From an uncultured Candidatus Competibacteraceae bacterium (GTDB lineage Bacteria > Pseudomonadota > Gammaproteobacteria > Competibacterales > Competibacteraceae), in the NCBI GenBank assembly GCA_964527085.1, contig CAZGON010000003.1, positions 1 to 47,095 on the forward strand: 47,095 nt of DNA, in the 5' to 3' direction. Position numbers and translations under genes: made by a program. Under the pieces are notes generated by a model. It was not told the origin of the DNA and did no database searches. It saw only the letters and a list, made by a program, of their open reading frames with translations. Shown one piece after another: positions 35,708-43,968 of the stretch (the stretch's first letter is position 1; every line of letters starts with the position of its first letter).

Positions 35708-35780
35708 TTTTATAATCTTTAGCCGAATTCATCTCAAACACTAAAGATGTTTGAGTTTTCTTCGGCTAAAGATTATAAAA
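35708..35780. promoter_or_regulatory. nested perfect inverted repeat in the divergent intergenic region
   Basis: The outer 20-bp arms 35708-35727 'ttttataatctttagccgaa' and 35761-35780 'ttcggctaaagattataaaa' are exact reverse complements. Inner 8-bp arms are 'ctcaaaca' (35733-35740) and 'tgtttgag' (35748-35755). Confidence 0.6.
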
Positions 35781-35908
35781 GTAAACGCGTGGATGAAGAC
35801 AAGACCCAAAATGGGTGAAACTGCACTATAAATTGATTAAGCTTGAGAAATACTGGCGACGCCAATTCCATTGACCTTGTCATGGCGCCTATCAGGAAAC
35901 GAGCAACT

Positions 35909-37012
35909 ATGGATGATCAATTTTTTGCAAGACCCATTCTAAACTCGCCTTATGAGTGCCCGTCACGGCATTGGGAACTAGACGATAGTGGTCAGCCGAC
36001 ACAACGGATCATTGAAACGCGGCGTCCGGCAGAGTTCATCACGCCGATTCCGAAGCCTAAAAAGCGCAAAGAAACGGCCCATCAGCAAGCGCTGGTTTTC
36101 GACGAAGGCAAAGGCTTATCGACGCAGGATCAGCAGTATGACCATACCGCCATCATCACTGGCGTTCGCCAGCAAGTAGACCGGTGGCGTAATTTGCCCA
36201 ATTCAAACCAGTGGCGGGTCACCCCAGAAACGGCGCGTCTGCTGCAGCACTGGCGTCACCATGAATTCAGCGGTATCCGACCCTTCTTTTGTCAGGTGGA
36301 AGCCGTTGAGACCGTCATCTGGTTGACCGAAGTCGCGCCTCACACGGGCAACCTAGGTAAGAATTACCTGGAACATCTAGCCAATGCTAACCTTGATGCT
36401 AATCCAAATTTGGTGCGGTTGGCGCTTAAATTGGCCACCGGCGCTGGCAAAACCACGGTCATGGCAATGCTTATCGCCTGGCAGACCATCAATGCCGTGC
36501 GCAGACCCCAGAGCAAGCGCTTCACCCGCGGCTTTTTGATCATCGCCCCTGGCTTAACCATCCGTGACCGCCTGCGCGTATTGCAACCCAACGATCCGGA
36601 CAGCTACTACCAGAGCCGTGAACTGGTTCCCAGCGATATGCTGATTGACTTGGATCGCGCCAAAATAGTCATCACTAATTATCATGCTTTTAAACTGCGG
36701 GAGCGGATGGCGCTTTCTAAGGGTGGTCGTTCGCTGCTCCAGGGCCGCGGTGAGGGGCTTAATACATTGGAAACGGAAGGCCAGATGTTGCAAAGGCTTA
36801 TGCCCGAACTGATGGGTATGAAGAATATCCTGGTGCTCAACGACGAGGCCCATCATTGCTATCGGGAAAAACCGAGCCGCGACGAAGAAGGCGGGCTTCC
36901 TTGGCGGAGCGTGAAGGACTGCGCGGCAAGGTGCAATGTATTTATCTTGATCCACCCTATGGTATTAAATTCAACTCAAATTTTCAGTGGTCTACCACCA
37001 GCCGCGATGTGA
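35909..37012 (+). pseudogene. Type III-like restriction subunit (Res, SF2 helicase), N-terminal fragment only
   Basis: 'FFARPILNSPYECPSRHWELDDSGQPTQRII' Res-type N-terminus, Walker A 'ATGAGKTTVMA', motif II 'LNDEAHHCYR'. Family-like sequence stops near 36890 and helicase motifs III-VI are absent. The frame then runs 39 unrelated codons to a stop at 37012. Confidence 0.75.
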
Positions 37013-39237
37013 AGGACGGTAATGCTGACCACATTACCCGCGAACCGGAGCAAGTGAAGGCGTTTCGGGATACTTGGCGTGATGGGATTCATTCTTATTT
37101 GACCTATCTGCGGGATAGGCTAACTGTAGCGCGGGATTTGTTGGCGGATAGTGGATCGATCTTTGTGCAGATTGGGGATGAGAATGTCGGCCGCGTGAGA
37201 CTGCTTATGGATGAGGTTTTTGGAGAGGATAACTTGGTTGCATTGATTGCCTACGCGAAGACAACAGGTTTCTCGGGAAACTTTCTTTCTTCTGTTTGTG
37301 ATTATCTGGTTTGGTACTCGAAATCGCTTCCTGCTTTAAAATATCGACCACTATTTCAGACTAAAGAAGCGGGTGAAGAAGGAGCGTCTAAGTATAAACC
37401 AGCATCTTCCATTCGAGCTTTAAAAAATTATGCCGTGGAACCGATGCGCCTTGCGACGTCAGATCAGCTGACGTCGCAAGGCGCATCGCCAAATTCAGAT
37501 CAGATATTTAGATTTAGGTCTAACGAGTGGACACCATCTAATGGTCTCCACTGGAAAACTACTGTTGTAGGACTTAGCAGAGTTGTAAAAGCAGAACGTA
37601 TTATTCATGAAGGTAAATCTATACGTTATGTTCGCTTTTTGGATGACTTCGCAATCTATCCACGCACTAATGTTTGGTTAGACGTGGGAGGTGTACAAAG
37701 CCGAACCGATCCAAAGATTTACGTTGTGCAAACTGCTACAGAAGCGGTAAAGCGCTGTCTGCTAATGGCTACCGACCCCGGCGACCTCGTCCTCGACCCC
37801 ACCTGCGGCTCCGGCACTACCGCCTACGTCGCCGAACAATGGGGTCGCCGGTGGATCACCATCGACACATCCCGCGTTGCGCTTGCCCTCGCACGCGCCC
37901 GCATCATGGGCGCACACTACCCTTATTATTTGTTGGCCGATAGCCCAGAAGGGCAGCAGAAAGAGGCTGAGATCACACGTACAGCACCCTCCACTTCACA
38001 GACGCGCCACGACATCCGCCATGGTTTTGTCTATGAGCGGGTGCCCCATATTACCCTGAAATCCATCGCCAATAACGCCGAAATCGACGTCATCTGGGAT
38101 AAATATCAGCAGACCCTCGAACCCTTACGCGAAGGGCTAAACAAAGCCCTAGGCCAGCAGTGGCAGGAATGGGAAATCCCGCGAGAAGCCAACCCAGAAT
38201 GGTCTGCACCTGCAAAAAAACTGCATCCCGATTGGTGGGAACAGCGTATATCCCGACAGAAAGAGACCAATGCTTCAATCGCGGCTAAAGCCGACTACGA
38301 GTACCTCTACGATAAACCCTACGAAGACAAGAACATCGTGCGGGTGGCCGGTCCTTTCACCGTCGAGAGCCTGTCGCCCCATCGGGTGTTGGGCGTCGAT
38401 GAAAACGACGAACTCATCGACAGTGTCGCCGACGGCCATGGAGGCTATAGCGAAGAACGGGATTTCGTGCAGATGATTCTCGAAAATCTCAAAACCGCTG
38501 GCGTTCAGCAAGCCCATAAGGAAGACAAAATAACCTTCACATCCCTTAAGCCCTGGCCGGGTAATCTGATCTGCGCTGAAGGGCGCTATTTCAAAGGCCA
38601 TGAGGAATCGGGTGAGGAGGAACGCGCCGCGATCTTTATCGGCCCGGAGTTTGGCACGGTTTCCCGACCTGACCTGGTGGCTGCAGCCCGCGAAGCCGGC
38701 GATGCTGATTTCGACGTGCTCATCGCCTGTGCGTTTAACTACGACGCTCACTCGTCGGAGTTCGACAAGGTCGGTCGGATTCCCGTGCTCAAGGCACGCA
38801 TGAATGCCGACTTACATATGGCAGATGATCTCAAGAACACGGGTAAGGGCAATCTGTTTGTAATCTTTGGCGAGCCGGATATGGATATCCTCGCTGCCGA
38901 GGATGGGCAGATACAGGTCAAAATCAATGGTGTTGATGTTTTCCATCCTAATACGGGGGAAGTGCGCTCCGATGGTGCCGAGGGTATCGCCTGCTGGTTT
39001 ATCGATACGGACTACAACGAAGAGGGTTTTTTCGTGCGCCATGCCTACTTTCTCGGCGCTAACGACCCTTACAAAGCCCTCAAGACCACCTTGAAGGCCG
39101 AGATCAATGAAGACGCTTGGGAGACTCTTCACAGCGATACCTCGCGCCCGTTCCCTAAACCGAAATCGGGACGGATAGCCGTCAAGGTCATCAATTACCT
39201 GGGCGATGAAGTCATGAAGGTGTTTCGGGTGGGTTGA
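36856..39237 (+). CDS. beta-class N6/N4 DNA methyltransferase (Type III Mod-like), N-terminally truncated
   Basis: Motif IV 'IYLDPPYG' comes before motif I 'LVLDPTCGSGTTAYVAEQWGRRWITID', with a low-GC segment between them. The expected upstream segment (about 15 aa, the N.LI.GDN.. motif before SLAEREGL) is missing. The only in-frame start is TTG 36856, inside the Res fragment. Confidence 0.75.
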   Translation: MLSGKTEPRRRRRASLAEREGLRGKVQCIYLDPPYGIKFNSNFQWSTTSRDVKDGNADHITREPEQVKAFRDTWRDGIHSYLTYLRDRLTVARDLLADSGSIFVQIGDENVGRVRLLMDEVFGEDNLVALIAYAKTTGFSGNFLSSVCDYLVWYSKSLPALKYRPLFQTKEAGEEGASKYKPASSIRALKNYAVEPMRLATSDQLTSQGASPNSDQIFRFRSNEWTPSNGLHWKTTVVGLSRVVKAERIIHEGKSIRYVRFLDDFAIYPRTNVWLDVGGVQSRTDPKIYVVQTATEAVKRCLLMATDPGDLVLDPTCGSGTTAYVAEQWGRRWITIDTSRVALALARARIMGAHYPYYLLADSPEGQQKEAEITRTAPSTSQTRHDIRHGFVYERVPHITLKSIANNAEIDVIWDKYQQTLEPLREGLNKALGQQWQEWEIPREANPEWSAPAKKLHPDWWEQRISRQKETNASIAAKADYEYLYDKPYEDKNIVRVAGPFTVESLSPHRVLGVDENDELIDSVADGHGGYSEERDFVQMILENLKTAGVQQAHKEDKITFTSLKPWPGNLICAEGRYFKGHEESGEEERAAIFIGPEFGTVSRPDLVAAAREAGDADFDVLIACAFNYDAHSSEFDKVGRIPVLKARMNADLHMADDLKNTGKGNLFVIFGEPDMDILAAEDGQIQVKINGVDVFHPNTGEVRSDGAEGIACWFIDTDYNEEGFFVRHAYFLGANDPYKALKTTLKAEINEDAWETLHSDTSRPFPKPKSGRIAVKVINYLGDEVMKVFRVG
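37442..37488. repeat. perfect 21-bp inverted repeat with a 5-nt loop inside the methyltransferase CDS
   Basis: 37442-37462 'cgatgcgccttgcgacgtcag' and 37468-37488 'ctgacgtcgcaaggcgcatcg' pair at all 21 positions (checked base by base). The loop is 'atcag'. Confidence 0.95.
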
Positions 39238-41309
39238 TGGAATTTCGTATCGCCGTCACCTTTACCGATAGCCTCGCCAAACTTACCGGCGAGGAACAAA
39301 AGGCCATCAAGATGACGGCCTTCGACCTGCAACTGAACCCGGCCAATCCCGGTATGCAGTTTCACAAATTGAATGCGGCGCGGGATCCCAATTTCTGGTC
39401 TGTTCGCGTCAGCTGTGATATTCGGCTGATTGTTCACCGCACCGCAGAAAGTTTATTGTTATGCTACGTGGACCATCACGATAAGGCGTACCGATGGGCT
39501 GAGCAGCGCAAACTGGAAACCCACCCTAAAACCGGCGCCGCACAGCTCGTGGAGATACGGGAGACGATCAAGGAGGTTATTGTTCCGAAGTACGTCGAGG
39601 GTGAGCAGCCAGCATCCGTGAAGCCGGTTCTGTTTTCCGGTGTGTCTGACGAAGAACTGCTTGGATATGGGGTACCCGTAGAGTGGCTGGATGATGTGCG
39701 CCAGGCGAACGAAGATAATCTGCTCGAACTGGTCGACCATTTACCCAGTGAGGCGGCCGAGGCGCTGCTTGAATTAGCCACCGGTGGTCAACCGCAGTTT
39801 GCATTACCCCAGGCGCTGGATATTGATCCCTTTGAGCACCCAGACGCACAACGACGGTTCCGGGTGGTTACAGACATCGACGAACTGGCGCGGGCGCTGG
39901 ATTACCCTTGGGAGAAGTGGACAATCTTTCTGCATCCTGCCCAGGGACAGATCGTCGAGAAAGACTACAACGGCCCCGCTCGGGTATCGGGATCCGCGGG
40001 TACCGGAAAAACCATTGTTGCATTGCACCGAGCGGTATTTCTAGCCCGCCGCCATCCCGATGCGCGGGTTCTGCTCACCACCTTCTCTGACACCCTTGCC
40101 CATGCTTTGCAAACAAAACTGGCGCGCTTGATCAGCAACCAACCGCGACTGGGTGAACGGCTGGAAGTGCACTCTATCAACAGGATTGGGCAGCGGTTGT
40201 ATGAGTCACACTTCGGACATCCAAACATTGCATCCCAGGACACGATCCAGCACTTGCTCGCGGAAGCAGCGAAAGAAATCGACGGGCATAAGTTTAGTTT
40301 GCGTTTTTTGCTGACTGAATGGGAAGAAATTGTCGATGCCTGGCAGTTACAGACCTGGGAAGCCTATCGCGATGTTAGGCGGTTGGGCCGAAAAACCCGT
40401 TTGCCCGAGCAACAGCGTGCCTTGCTTTGGTCGATCTTTGATCGCGTCCGCTTGCACCTGGAAAACCGTGGACTGGTCACCTTTCCTGGATTATTTAACC
40501 GGTTGGCTGGGCAGCTTGCCGGTTTAAAACATCCCATCTTTGACTTTATTGTCGTGGACGAAGCCCAGGATATCAGCGTTGCCCAGTTACGGTTTCTGGC
40601 AGCACTGGGAAACCAACGGCCAAATAGCCTGTTTTTTGCTGGCGATTTGGGTCAACGGATCTTCCAGCAACCGTTCTCCTGGACAGTGCTGGGTGTGGAT
40701 ATCCGGGGTCGTTCCCGCACGCTGCATATCAACTACCGCACCTCGCATCAAATTAGAATGCACGCCGATCGCTTACTGGGACCACAAGTATCCGATGTGG
40801 ATGGCAATACTGAAGAGCGGCGTGGCACTGTGTCAGTATTCAATGGGCCAATTCCCACCATACAGGTTTTGGATAGTGTTGAAGAAGAATGCAAAGCTGT
40901 CGGCACATGGTTGTCAGATCGAAGTAATGAAGGTGTGCTATCCCATGAAATGGGCGTCTTCGTTCGCTCCGCTATGGAGTTGGAGCGGGCATGCTCAGCG
41001 GTGGAAGCTGCTGGCCTGCTGTACAAAGTACTCGACGAGAACCTAGAAACAGTCAGCGGATATGTTTCCATCAGCACCATGCACCTTGCCAAAGGTTTAG
41101 AATTTCGTGCGATTGTGGTGATGGCCTGTGACGATGAGGTCATTCCATTACAAGAACGGATTGAGACAGTAGCCGATGATGCGGATTTAGAAGAAGTTTA
41201 TAACACGGAACGCCACCTATTGTACGTGGCCTGTACCCGAGCGCGAGACCAGTTACTGGTGACGAGTGTCGATCCTGCATCAGAGTTTCTTGATGATCTG
41301 CATATGTGA
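39237..41309 (+). CDS. RelE/ParE-like N-terminal domain fused to a UvrD/Rep-type SF1 helicase
   Basis: The ATG overlaps the methyltransferase TGA by 1 nt (TGATG). Residues about 1-95 ('FHKLNAARDPNFWSVRVSCDIRLIVHRTAESLLLCYVDHHDKAY') resemble the RelE/ParE toxin pattern. Helicase motifs: 'GSAGTGKT', 'VVDEAQD', 'INYRTSHQI', 'STMHLAKGLEF', 'LLYVACTRARDQL'. Confidence 0.8.
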   Translation: MEFRIAVTFTDSLAKLTGEEQKAIKMTAFDLQLNPANPGMQFHKLNAARDPNFWSVRVSCDIRLIVHRTAESLLLCYVDHHDKAYRWAEQRKLETHPKTGAAQLVEIRETIKEVIVPKYVEGEQPASVKPVLFSGVSDEELLGYGVPVEWLDDVRQANEDNLLELVDHLPSEAAEALLELATGGQPQFALPQALDIDPFEHPDAQRRFRVVTDIDELARALDYPWEKWTIFLHPAQGQIVEKDYNGPARVSGSAGTGKTIVALHRAVFLARRHPDARVLLTTFSDTLAHALQTKLARLISNQPRLGERLEVHSINRIGQRLYESHFGHPNIASQDTIQHLLAEAAKEIDGHKFSLRFLLTEWEEIVDAWQLQTWEAYRDVRRLGRKTRLPEQQRALLWSIFDRVRLHLENRGLVTFPGLFNRLAGQLAGLKHPIFDFIVVDEAQDISVAQLRFLAALGNQRPNSLFFAGDLGQRIFQQPFSWTVLGVDIRGRSRTLHINYRTSHQIRMHADRLLGPQVSDVDGNTEERRGTVSVFNGPIPTIQVLDSVEEECKAVGTWLSDRSNEGVLSHEMGVFVRSAMELERACSAVEAAGLLYKVLDENLETVSGYVSISTMHLAKGLEFRAIVVMACDDEVIPLQERIETVADDADLEEVYNTERHLLYVACTRARDQLLVTSVDPASEFLDDLHM

Positions 41310-41463
41310 GTATTTGCAAAGTCTGGATAGATGGGAGGTGAGCTGGGCTGGTAAAATACTACTTTTCAAGAAATGCTGAATGAACTTTCAGCGTATCGTC
41401 AGTTGATTAAAGTTAAGCTTGGCACGAGTTGCCAGTAAAAAGTCTATGCCAATGATTTTAATC

Positions 41464-41489
41464 TGCCATGTTCATGGCAAGGAATTTTT
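41464..41489 (+). terminator. candidate intrinsic terminator between the convergent helicase and asmA genes
   Basis: Stem 'tgccatg'/'catggca' (41464-41479) followed by 'aggaattttt'. The stem is short and the loop tight, so this is weak. Confidence 0.3.
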
Positions 41490-43885
41490 CAAAAAAGCTT
41501 TTTTAAGGCGTCCCTTGCTTTATCTTCCAGATTTTGCTCGTCTGTTTGTTTACCTTGCGCACCACCCGGTGCTTGAAGCTTTTTCATCTGTTTCTGCAGT
41601 AAACCTTGCGCTTCCTGTTTGAGTTCATCCTGTTGTTCTTTGACCAGGGTCTCTGTGCGAGCTTTAAGTAATCCTGCGATATCTAGCGCATAGCGTGGTT
41701 CTGCTAGAGGACCTGTCACCTTGATCGGTATGGGAACCCCCCTTAACTCCGATAGGTCTTCTCCGCCTTGTCCTTGAGCCGTACCGACCACCGTTGTGAC
41801 AAGCTGATAGTCGACTTCCTCTTGAACCAGATTAGCTGCCCCTTGTCCCCTGATGCGCAGCAAAGGAGATTTAGCTAATAGATCATCGTTTTTGGCTAGA
41901 CCATTAGTAAATTGTACGCTACCGCTGAGTTCGGAAAAATCTGTTTGCGCTGTGGCTTGCTGTTCAGGCGGAAGGGATTGACCTGCCAGAGCGGCTTTAG
42001 CTTGCCGGATCAAGCGGCCAAGATTGACGCCTTTTACAGCGCCATTACGAAAGGTAAAACGGGTTACTCCGTTAAGACTGCGTTTTATAGCCGCTGCATC
42101 GACGCCTTGCCAACTAAGTTGGGTATTCAATTGGGCAGTGCCCATCAGGCGATCTTCACCCATCAAATCCTTGAGTAACGGTCCGGCTTGAATCCCCGTC
42201 AAAACGTTATCTAACGCCATGCGCGGTTGTTGGCCGGTGGCATCGAGGGTAATACCGCTTTGCAAGGCGCCTTGATAGAGTTTTGCGGTCACTGGTTGCA
42301 AGGTGAGGATGCCTTGTTTGGCTTTGACGGGCACACGAATATCGCGGGTCTTTAGCTTAGCCGCCGTCAGCTGACCGATGCGCAACTCCCCGTCAACATC
42401 CAGTTGGCGCAGGGGTTCCAGGGAAACTGTTTCAGTGGCAGGGGAAGAAGGCGGGGAATTGGCTGGTGCTGTTTCCTCAGTAGGCGGAGGAAGATAGCGA
42501 TCAAGATTAAGGTTGTCGACCTCTAAATCAAAACGGATGGTTGGTCCTTGTAGATCGGGGACATTGAGATTGCCCGTTAACTGGCTATTGTCCAACTGCA
42601 CTTTGATGGGGTCGAGGGCCACACTACTAGGAGACGCGGTAAACTGAGTCGTCATGACGCCTTTCGTGAGGGCATTGGCATCGGCTGTGTCAGGCGCCGA
42701 TTGACCCAACCGGGTTAGCAATTGGCGCGGGTTAAACGGATCTATCTGCAGAGCGCCACGGAATTGCGGTTGAGCCATAAGGTTCTGACCGATAAGACGA
42801 CCCGCCAACTGTAAACCCAAGGTACTGATTTGCAGCTTCTCGACGGCGAGGGTCTCTTTTGCAATATTGAACTGGGCATTGGCGGTAAGGTCAAGGTCGA
42901 AATTGCCCCCGGGCAGCCCGTCGCCTTGTAGGTTTCCGGTGAGTTTTAAGGTGCTCATCCGATAGATGTTGCCATCGCCCTCGAGCACACCTTGTAGCAC
43001 GACCTCGCCGCCACTGAGGCCAGTGCCAGGGGCTTTTAGGTCACTGACCGCAAGCTTTAAACCTTGTATTAACAAAGCTTGATTAGCGATGTTCAGTGTC
43101 GCATTAGTGGTACTTAGCCCTAGAACGGCAGCCATAATCGGTTGTTCTGCCTGGATGTCGGTGTCTAGTTTAAGATCTTTGATAGATAAGATTTGGGTAT
43201 CGGGTGCGAAATTGACTTCCCCAGTCAGTACTAAGGCTGCCGCTAGAGGAGGATTAGCTGTGGTCAGTTGCAGTTGGCTGTCCACCGTAAACGGTTGCCC
43301 CAACTGGATGGCGCTTGTTTCTAAAGCAAAATCTTTAATGCGGTAACGTTGCCCGGTGGCGCGGTCATCCCAGAGAATTTGGGCGTCACGAATGTCTAGG
43401 CCATTAATACTCAATTGGTTTAACGATAAATCTTGCGACGACTCTGAGGGTTCTGTTTGGGGGGCGGGCTGTTCCACCTGGCGAGCCATCAGTGCTTGCC
43501 AATTTCCCTGTCCGGCTTGGTTAACCTCTAGGTTGAGTCGCAGTCCTTGAACCGTAATGGTGTCAAGTTCTATCTCCCTCTGTAGCAACGGCAACAATTT
43601 AACTTGCATCGTTATTTGTTCCGCCTGGGCAAAGATTTCTTGGCTATAGCCTGGCGCATTACCCAATTGCACAGCCTCTAGTTGCATCCCTAGCCAAGGT
43701 AACAATGAAAATTCAATAGCACCCCCGATGGTGAGTTTAATGCCTGTTTTCTGTTCCACCTGGGCAGTAATTTCATCCTTAAAATCGTTGGCATCGAATA
43801 GCCAGGGAAGTATCAGCGCTATGACGAGAACCACCAGGAGAACAACACCGATTCCCCAGCCCAATAGTTTCAACAGGGTCTTCAT
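41489..43885 (-). CDS. asmA: AsmA-family outer-membrane biogenesis protein
   Basis: 798 aa. N-terminal TM anchor 'LLGWGIGVVLLVVLVIALILPWLF', a long beta-rich repetitive body, and a C-terminal AsmA-like segment ('FTFRNGAVKGVNLG'). Confidence 0.8.
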   Translation of the reverse strand: MKTLLKLLGWGIGVVLLVVLVIALILPWLFDANDFKDEITAQVEQKTGIKLTIGGAIEFSLLPWLGMQLEAVQLGNAPGYSQEIFAQAEQITMQVKLLPLLQREIELDTITVQGLRLNLEVNQAGQGNWQALMARQVEQPAPQTEPSESSQDLSLNQLSINGLDIRDAQILWDDRATGQRYRIKDFALETSAIQLGQPFTVDSQLQLTTANPPLAAALVLTGEVNFAPDTQILSIKDLKLDTDIQAEQPIMAAVLGLSTTNATLNIANQALLIQGLKLAVSDLKAPGTGLSGGEVVLQGVLEGDGNIYRMSTLKLTGNLQGDGLPGGNFDLDLTANAQFNIAKETLAVEKLQISTLGLQLAGRLIGQNLMAQPQFRGALQIDPFNPRQLLTRLGQSAPDTADANALTKGVMTTQFTASPSSVALDPIKVQLDNSQLTGNLNVPDLQGPTIRFDLEVDNLNLDRYLPPPTEETAPANSPPSSPATETVSLEPLRQLDVDGELRIGQLTAAKLKTRDIRVPVKAKQGILTLQPVTAKLYQGALQSGITLDATGQQPRMALDNVLTGIQAGPLLKDLMGEDRLMGTAQLNTQLSWQGVDAAAIKRSLNGVTRFTFRNGAVKGVNLGRLIRQAKAALAGQSLPPEQQATAQTDFSELSGSVQFTNGLAKNDDLLAKSPLLRIRGQGAANLVQEEVDYQLVTTVVGTAQGQGGEDLSELRGVPIPIKVTGPLAEPRYALDIAGLLKARTETLVKEQQDELKQEAQGLLQKQMKKLQAPGGAQGKQTDEQNLEDKARDALKKLF

Positions 43886-43968
43886 GACGTAAATCTCCTA
43901 GGTTCAAATGCCACCAGCCGAAGTGGGGTGCTTTGTTATGATGTTAAGTTATAGTAACAAGCCTTATC

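Noticed and set aside
41310-41488. Direct repeat of the tRNA-Thr 3' end (attR) at the right border of the islet
   Set aside because: Only a trivial resemblance ('tgccagtaaaaa' vs 'cgccagctccataaaa'). No convincing att duplicate was found by eye.
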